Below, one piece after another: positions 59,087-64,000 of a stretch of DNA of 64,000 nt. How positions within the stretch are numbered: position 1 is the stretch's first letter; the number at the start of each line of letters is the position of its first letter. A program made the translations under genes and the position numbers. The stretch is taken from the NCBI GenBank assembly GCA_965205015.1, contig OZ242029.1, positions 3,744,001 to 3,808,000 on the forward strand, written 5' to 3'. Source of the DNA: Candidatus Poribacteria bacterium. GTDB taxonomy: Bacteria > Poribacteria > WGA-4E > WGA-3G. The notes beneath the pieces were generated by a model. That model ran no database searches and had not been told where the DNA came from. It saw nothing but the letters and a program-made list of their open reading frames with translations.

Positions 59087-59770
59087 TTATCGTATACCCA
59101 CAATTTGCGCGATCAGATTTAAAGTTTCAAAACTGATATTGCTCAAGAATCCGAACACATAGTTCGGTATCCCGAAGATACCGGGTAGAAAAATGAGGCA
59201 CATCAGAATCGGCATACCATAGGGACTCAGTTTCTCGAATTGGTGTGCTGCACCCGAGGGTAGCAAACCTCTCACGACACTGAAACCGTCTAACGGAAAA
59301 AGTGGGAGCATGTTAAACGCTGCGAGGAAAACACTTATCAGTGCTGTCCGAATTAATTGCCTGTTAATCTCAGCGTGAAGTGCAGATTCAGCAGGATTGA
59401 AAGCGGTAAATTCAAGTAATAGCCGAATTGCTCCCAGAATCACGAAAGTGAGGATGATATTCATGAATGGACCGGCAGCGGCGATAAGCATTAGGTCCCT
59501 TCTCGGATTTTTCAGGTTGAACGGGTTGACCGGCACCGGCTTTGCCCATCCGAAGAAACCGCCGCCGAAAAGCGTGCCGAGCAACGGAAGTATCAATGTG
59601 CCGATAATGTCAATATGTACGCCCGGATTCAACGACATCCGTCCAAGATCGCGCGCTGTCGGATCCCCTAACATGTCCGCTGATTTGGCGTGTCCCCATT
59701 CATGAAAGGTTAACAGAATAATGAACTGTGTAACCACAAGGATTGCTTCATAAGGGTCGAAATTAGGCAT
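59087..59770 (-). CDS. site-2 protease (M50 family)
   Basis: HEWGH, GWAKPVP, AGP..N, FNMLPLFPLDG. Confidence 0.93.
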   Translation of the reverse strand: MPNFDPYEAILVVTQFIILLTFHEWGHAKSADMLGDPTARDLGRMSLNPGVHIDIIGTLILPLLGTLFGGGFFGWAKPVPVNPFNLKNPRRDLMLIAAAGPFMNIILTFVILGAIRLLLEFTAFNPAESALHAEINRQLIRTALISVFLAAFNMLPLFPLDGFSVVRGLLPSGAAHQFEKLSPYGMPILMCLIFLPGIFGIPNYVFGFLSNISFETLNLIAQIVGIR

Positions 59771-59805
59771 CGTTTATTTGCCACCGCTTTGTAAGTCAAA
59801 TCTTG

Positions 59806-61245
59806 CTATACAAAGGTCCGCAATCGGGCATAAGCCTCCTCTTTTTTGGTAATCTCTCCGTCCAATTGTGCCGCAAACAATTTCCAAAGTCGGGTTTCAA
59901 AAGTCTTGTTCGGTTTTTCGCCAACCGCTATCAAGTCTTTTCCTGTGATGAAGGGTTCCATCTTCCGCAGAACAAAAAGGTAGTTTTTTATTTTTTCGCG
60001 TTTCCACTTCGGCAAGGTCGTGTCCACATAGCCGAGTGCTAATGCCTCAATCGGATACGGTTTCAGCAATTGATAAATCTCGCTCGGTCTCACTGTCTCC
60101 TGCAACGGTGCAAGTGTTTGTTCCAACTGTTTGTAAGCGGTGAGCGGTGTCTCTACCCGATAAAGATTTCCATCTCCACATACGTAAGTTGCCATGTTCT
60201 TTGGATCAACAATCCGCCATTTCCCACTTTGTGGGTCAACGGAGGCATCCTCCGATAATGAGATTCCGAGTTTCGCAAAGGCATCGTGTGTCACCTTTTC
60301 AAGCGAAACTTGCTGTTGCGAGGCTTGGACCCGGCTGATGAGACGTTGAAGTTGATGTTCCAATACCAATCTGAAACTGAGTGCCTCAATCTGATATATC
60401 GGCGTGCGGGTTCCCAAAAATGCCATCCAGCGCACCCGTTGCGGCTGAAACGCTTCGTCTTTAAGGGACGTTGATACCCAGTTTGTTGCTTGTTCCGCTT
60501 TCTTAAAATCACACGCAAACCTCGTCGATATATTCCATCCCTGAGAGATGGTTTTCCATACGTCGAGTCGGGCAAGGTGTGCTACGATCTCCGGTGCGTT
60601 CTTTTCACTCAGTATTCTATCAATCTCATTGCGTATCCGTTCACCACTGAGTTGTGCTAAGACTGGAAGTGCTTCTCGCATCAGAATGATATCGGTTTCA
60701 GGAATAGAAAACCCGTAGCGTCCGGCATATCGAAAAGCGCGAAAGATGCGCGTCGGATCATCCGTGAAACTGTGCTTATGTAGGACGCGAATTGTCCGGG
60801 TCTTGAGGTCATCCAAACCCCCGGTTTTATCAACGATCTCACCAAAAGTATGTGTGTCTAAGCACATTGCCAAGGCATTAATCGAAAAGTCGCGTCTTCG
60901 TAAATCGTCCGTGATGGTCCCTTGTGATACTGTAGGTAACGTCCCTGCCCCTTGATAAGTTTCACGACGGGCGGTAACGAAATCCACTTTAGGAAGGTTA
61001 ACATCGGCAGGCGTGACGGTTGCAGTGCCAAATTGCGGGTGTGTTTCCAGCGTGCCGTTCCACCGTTCACACATCGTGTTCGCAACTCGGATCGCATCTC
61101 CTTCTACAACGATATCGATATCGAGACTCGGTCGTTTAAGCAGGAGATCCCGGACGAATCCACCGACGAGGTAAGTCCCCTTTCCACCTACCTCACCAAT
61201 TTCATGTAACAGCTCCAAGATCGGTTCAGGAATGTTAGGTATCAT
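59806..61245 (-). CDS. class II tRNA nucleotidyltransferase (CCA- or A-adding)
   Basis: VGGFVRDLLL..DIDI, ARRETY, DLRRRDFSINA, DDPTRIFRA, ERIRNE. Confidence 0.9.
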   Translation of the reverse strand: MIPNIPEPILELLHEIGEVGGKGTYLVGGFVRDLLLKRPSLDIDIVVEGDAIRVANTMCERWNGTLETHPQFGTATVTPADVNLPKVDFVTARRETYQGAGTLPTVSQGTITDDLRRRDFSINALAMCLDTHTFGEIVDKTGGLDDLKTRTIRVLHKHSFTDDPTRIFRAFRYAGRYGFSIPETDIILMREALPVLAQLSGERIRNEIDRILSEKNAPEIVAHLARLDVWKTISQGWNISTRFACDFKKAEQATNWVSTSLKDEAFQPQRVRWMAFLGTRTPIYQIEALSFRLVLEHQLQRLISRVQASQQQVSLEKVTHDAFAKLGISLSEDASVDPQSGKWRIVDPKNMATYVCGDGNLYRVETPLTAYKQLEQTLAPLQETVRPSEIYQLLKPYPIEALALGYVDTTLPKWKREKIKNYLFVLRKMEPFITGKDLIAVGEKPNKTFETRLWKLFAAQLDGEITKKEEAYARLRTFV

Positions 61246-61283
61246 TTTTCTTCGGAAGGAGTAAACCTGTGTCTATAGGGTTC

Positions 61284-61964
61284 CTATACGAAGGCAAAGA
61301 CGCGCGTGGGTGCTCCAGAACTGCGCGCCAACTTTAGCGGAGCAATCACGACATAGAAATGCGTCGGCAATTGGCTTAAATTGCACAAATCCTCAACATG
61401 CGGGATCCCCGCACCGAGGAAAACGAGATGCGCTGGCGGTAAACCGTCGTGCAACGGTGGATGTCCTGCCACCGAGTCGATACTGCATGCATCTGTCCCG
61501 ATGACCTTAATGCCCTTTTCGACGAGGAATTCGGCGGCATCTTCACTGAAACCGATCCACTCTCGGTTGAAGTTGTCCTGATAGACGAACCTGTCCATCC
61601 CTGTCCGCATAAAGACGATGCTGCCTTCTGGAATATCACCATTTTCGGCGATCCACGCTTTAACATCCGCTGCGGTCACAGCGTCATTCGGTTTCTTAAT
61701 CGCGGAGAAGTCCATCAACACGGCGTGTCCGGTCAGTTTCTCTTTTGGGATTTCGGCGATAGTTGCGCCACCCGGGTACATTAAGCAGGGGGCATCCATG
61801 TGTGTAGAGTAGTGTCCGGACGTGTCGATGCGGCTTTCAAAATAGCCATCCTTTTCCAGCGTCGCTTGGTCATAAATTTTGGCGGGATCAATCGGCAGCT
61901 CGCATGGACTCTTTTCATCGACCACATAAGACAGATCCAGCACGTTTTGAAAGTCAAGATGCAT
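61284..61964 (-). CDS. cyclase family protein (kynurenine formamidase-like)
   Basis: HYSTHMDAP, RTG, GTDACSID, H..L, VEDL.NL. Confidence 0.88.
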   Translation of the reverse strand: MHLDFQNVLDLSYVVDEKSPCELPIDPAKIYDQATLEKDGYFESRIDTSGHYSTHMDAPCLMYPGGATIAEIPKEKLTGHAVLMDFSAIKKPNDAVTAADVKAWIAENGDIPEGSIVFMRTGMDRFVYQDNFNREWIGFSEDAAEFLVEKGIKVIGTDACSIDSVAGHPPLHDGLPPAHLVFLGAGIPHVEDLCNLSQLPTHFYVVIAPLKLARSSGAPTRVFAFV

Positions 61965-62152
61965 TTTATATTATTTCTCCTTCCCACAAACATATCGCCT
62001 CTATAAGGCTTATATGTAGTATAGCATATCTCCTTGGGATATTCAAGTTAAATCACATAGACGAACCGGCGTTCGGTTTTAGTAATCGTAAAAAAGTGCA
62101 TCCTACTTTGTGTATAAGATGAATAGACTATTTCATATTCCATGGAGGAGGT

Positions 62153-63040
62153 ATGCGCCATAAAATCATTTACAGACATTGGGAGCCCGGTGACGATGAT
62201 GCTATTTTAGAGTTGTTGATGCCTGTTTTTAAACAGATCCGTGAGGATTATTATCGTAGGAAATTTGACAATTCTCGCCTTGAACCTGAAGCAATACACT
62301 TAGCATTGGTAAATGAACGAGTAATAGGACATGTATGGGGAGAACCCGTTTCGATTTTTATTGAAGACAAGATTCAAGAATTCGGGATGGTATCCCTCGC
62401 CTGTGTCGCTCCGGATATGCATCGCCAAGGGATTGCGACCTGTCTGATGCGTGGACTTCATGCGTATTTCCTAAGAAAAGGGTATCGCGGCAGCATTCTA
62501 TATACAGACAGTGAAATCGCGGAACAATTGTACCAAAAAGTTGGATATCAAGAGATTACAAGAGAAATACGAACACAAGTCTCTCCACGTCGAAGGGCAT
62601 CTTCATTTAAATGGAGAGAGGTGAGTCTCGAAGATTTAGATACCTTACATCAATTGACTGGAAAATGGGCAAAGCAGAATTTCTTTGTCTTATGGGACGG
62701 TCAAAGTAGGAGCGTACATCAGTTCAATATGAAGCAGTACAGGATTTTACATCGTGACAACAGCATTGTCGGCTATGCGAAATGGAATGAACCTTCAGAA
62801 CATCAACCGCAAGGATTAATTCGCGATCCTATTGCGCCAGATGTGGGTCCTATGACAGTTATCGAATCCGTACAATCGGAGGTTTCTACATCGCGAGTGT
62901 GGCAAACTTTCAAAGGTAGCAGATATGAAAGTTCTCTACGTTCCTTGGGCTGTCCATTTGAACAAACAACACAAGTTGATATGTTTTTAGTTTTCGGTCA
63001 GGAAATTGATTTGACAGGATACCACCGAACCGCGTATTGA
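62153..63040 (+). CDS. GNAT family N-acetyltransferase
   Basis: VAPDMHRQGIA acetyl-CoA motif, LYQKVGY; GGAGGAGG RBS. Confidence 0.82.
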   Translation: MRHKIIYRHWEPGDDDAILELLMPVFKQIREDYYRRKFDNSRLEPEAIHLALVNERVIGHVWGEPVSIFIEDKIQEFGMVSLACVAPDMHRQGIATCLMRGLHAYFLRKGYRGSILYTDSEIAEQLYQKVGYQEITREIRTQVSPRRRASSFKWREVSLEDLDTLHQLTGKWAKQNFFVLWDGQSRSVHQFNMKQYRILHRDNSIVGYAKWNEPSEHQPQGLIRDPIAPDVGPMTVIESVQSEVSTSRVWQTFKGSRYESSLRSLGCPFEQTTQVDMFLVFGQEIDLTGYHRTAY

Positions 63041-63073
63041 CAGTTGAAGGTGTGGATTTATCAAAGTCTGCGA

Positions 63074-63841
63074 TTAGGCATCCTTAAAGTAGTCCAATAC
63101 AGTACTATGCAAGATCCCGTTCGTTGCTACGAGTGAATTCGTATCTGTTGTGATGGCTTGTCCCTGTATATCCGTCACTTTTCCACCTGCTTCCCTCACG
63201 ATAACAGTAATCGCCGCGATGTCCCAAATACTGATTGCCGCTTCAACGACGGCATCCGCTCTCGCAGACGCCACGAGATGATACATGTAGAAATCACCGA
63301 ACCCTCTGGTGCGTGCGGCGTCGTTGATAAAATCGTAAATCCCGGGAAAAGTGCCTTTTTCTACGAACCACTTCAGTCCGCCGTGGCAGACCATTGCGTC
63401 TTCGGGGTGTGTCACGCTGGAAACGGTTATCGGTTCGCCGTTCAAGAAAGCACCGCTTCCGGCTTCAGCATAGAGGATCTCATTCAAAAGTGGTGCATTG
63501 GAAACCCCAAGGATGAGTTCCTCACCTTTCATCAGGGCAATCTGTGTGCCGAAGATCGGGATTTTACGGATGTAATTTTTGGTGGCATCAATTGGATCGA
63601 TAATCCAGAGGTATGGTGAATCCCCTTCTTCAATACCATACTCTTCCCCTAAAAATCCGTGGTCTGGAAATGCCTGTTTGATAGTCTCACGGATCGCTTT
63701 TTCCGCGCCTCTATCGGCGAGCGTGACCGGCGTTTCATCGGCTTTCAGCTCAACCTTCATTGCGTCGCCGGTGTAGTAAGCGGTGATGATTTCTTCAGCG
63801 TTTTTCGCCGCTTCCAACGCGACGGTTAAAAATTGACTCAT
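63074..63841 (-). CDS. inositol monophosphatase family protein, HisN-like histidinol-phosphatase
   Basis: KADETPVT.AD..AE, GEE, WIIDPIDAT, RGFGDFY, WDIAA. Confidence 0.88.
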   Translation of the reverse strand: MSQFLTVALEAAKNAEEIITAYYTGDAMKVELKADETPVTLADRGAEKAIRETIKQAFPDHGFLGEEYGIEEGDSPYLWIIDPIDATKNYIRKIPIFGTQIALMKGEELILGVSNAPLLNEILYAEAGSGAFLNGEPITVSSVTHPEDAMVCHGGLKWFVEKGTFPGIYDFINDAARTRGFGDFYMYHLVASARADAVVEAAISIWDIAAITVIVREAGGKVTDIQGQAITTDTNSLVATNGILHSTVLDYFKDA

Positions 63842-63880
63842 TTTAATTATTCCTTTCGGGTTTTTAATTTTTCCTTGCGG
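63842..63880 (-). repeat. tandem pair of the CCG(C/A)AAGGAAWAATTAAA motif before the start codon
   Basis: CCGCAAGGAAAAATTAAAAA-C-CCGAAAGGAATAATTAAA-ATG. Confidence 0.75.
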
Positions 63881-63915
63881 TTTGGTCAGGTAAATTTGAT
63901 AACTGAAGTGCCTTT

Positions 63916-64000
63916 ACGTAGATCTAGGGGAAATCCGCAGAAATACCCAAGCAATACGTAGAAATCCGCAGAAATACCCAAGCAAAGACACCAAGCAAAA
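63916..64000. repeat. tandem copies of the GAAATACCCAAGCAA micro-module
   Basis: GAAATCCGCAGAAATACCCAAGCAA at 63930-63954 and 63961-63985, plus a partial CCAAGCAAAA. Confidence 0.8.

Overview
Bacterial chromosomal window, about 50% GC by eye. The style fits Candidatus Poribacteria (PhyH and LamG-type proteins, a C-terminal [VI]xPxxKLxTxWxxLK motif, dense small intergenic repeats); this assignment is inference only. The left end holds the 5' part of a probable Csx1/TM1812-type CARF gene (missed by the ORF track) and a 38-repeat CRISPR array (37-bp repeat). The array is transcribed on the minus strand from a TTGACA-17-TATACT leader promoter and is probably type III. The rest is mostly housekeeping: mutS2-dnaG-rpoD-tRNA-Ile2-tRNA-Val, tRNA-Gly, miaB-map-ccmC-ccmD, lexA, a class A PBP, uvrB, an M16 peptidase pair, cstA, xylA, scpA-scpB-thrC and a tRNA nucleotidyltransferase. 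Most notable: (1) a glutamine-dependent NAD synthetase carrying eukaryotic NADSYN1/QNS1 signature motifs; (2) a two-amidohydrolase + Rieske cluster resembling dinuclear oxygenases; (3) an Rpn nuclease with an internal SD+ATG (candidate intragenic antitoxin); (4) a shared C-terminal putative sorting motif on three unrelated secreted proteins; (5) several families of very small, nested, apparently mobile repeats. These include a ~20-bp module inserted into REP hairpins, a heptamer-armed element in the last CRISPR spacer slot, and an element end (CCGCAAGGWAWAATTAAAA) that directly abuts the start codons of four genes.
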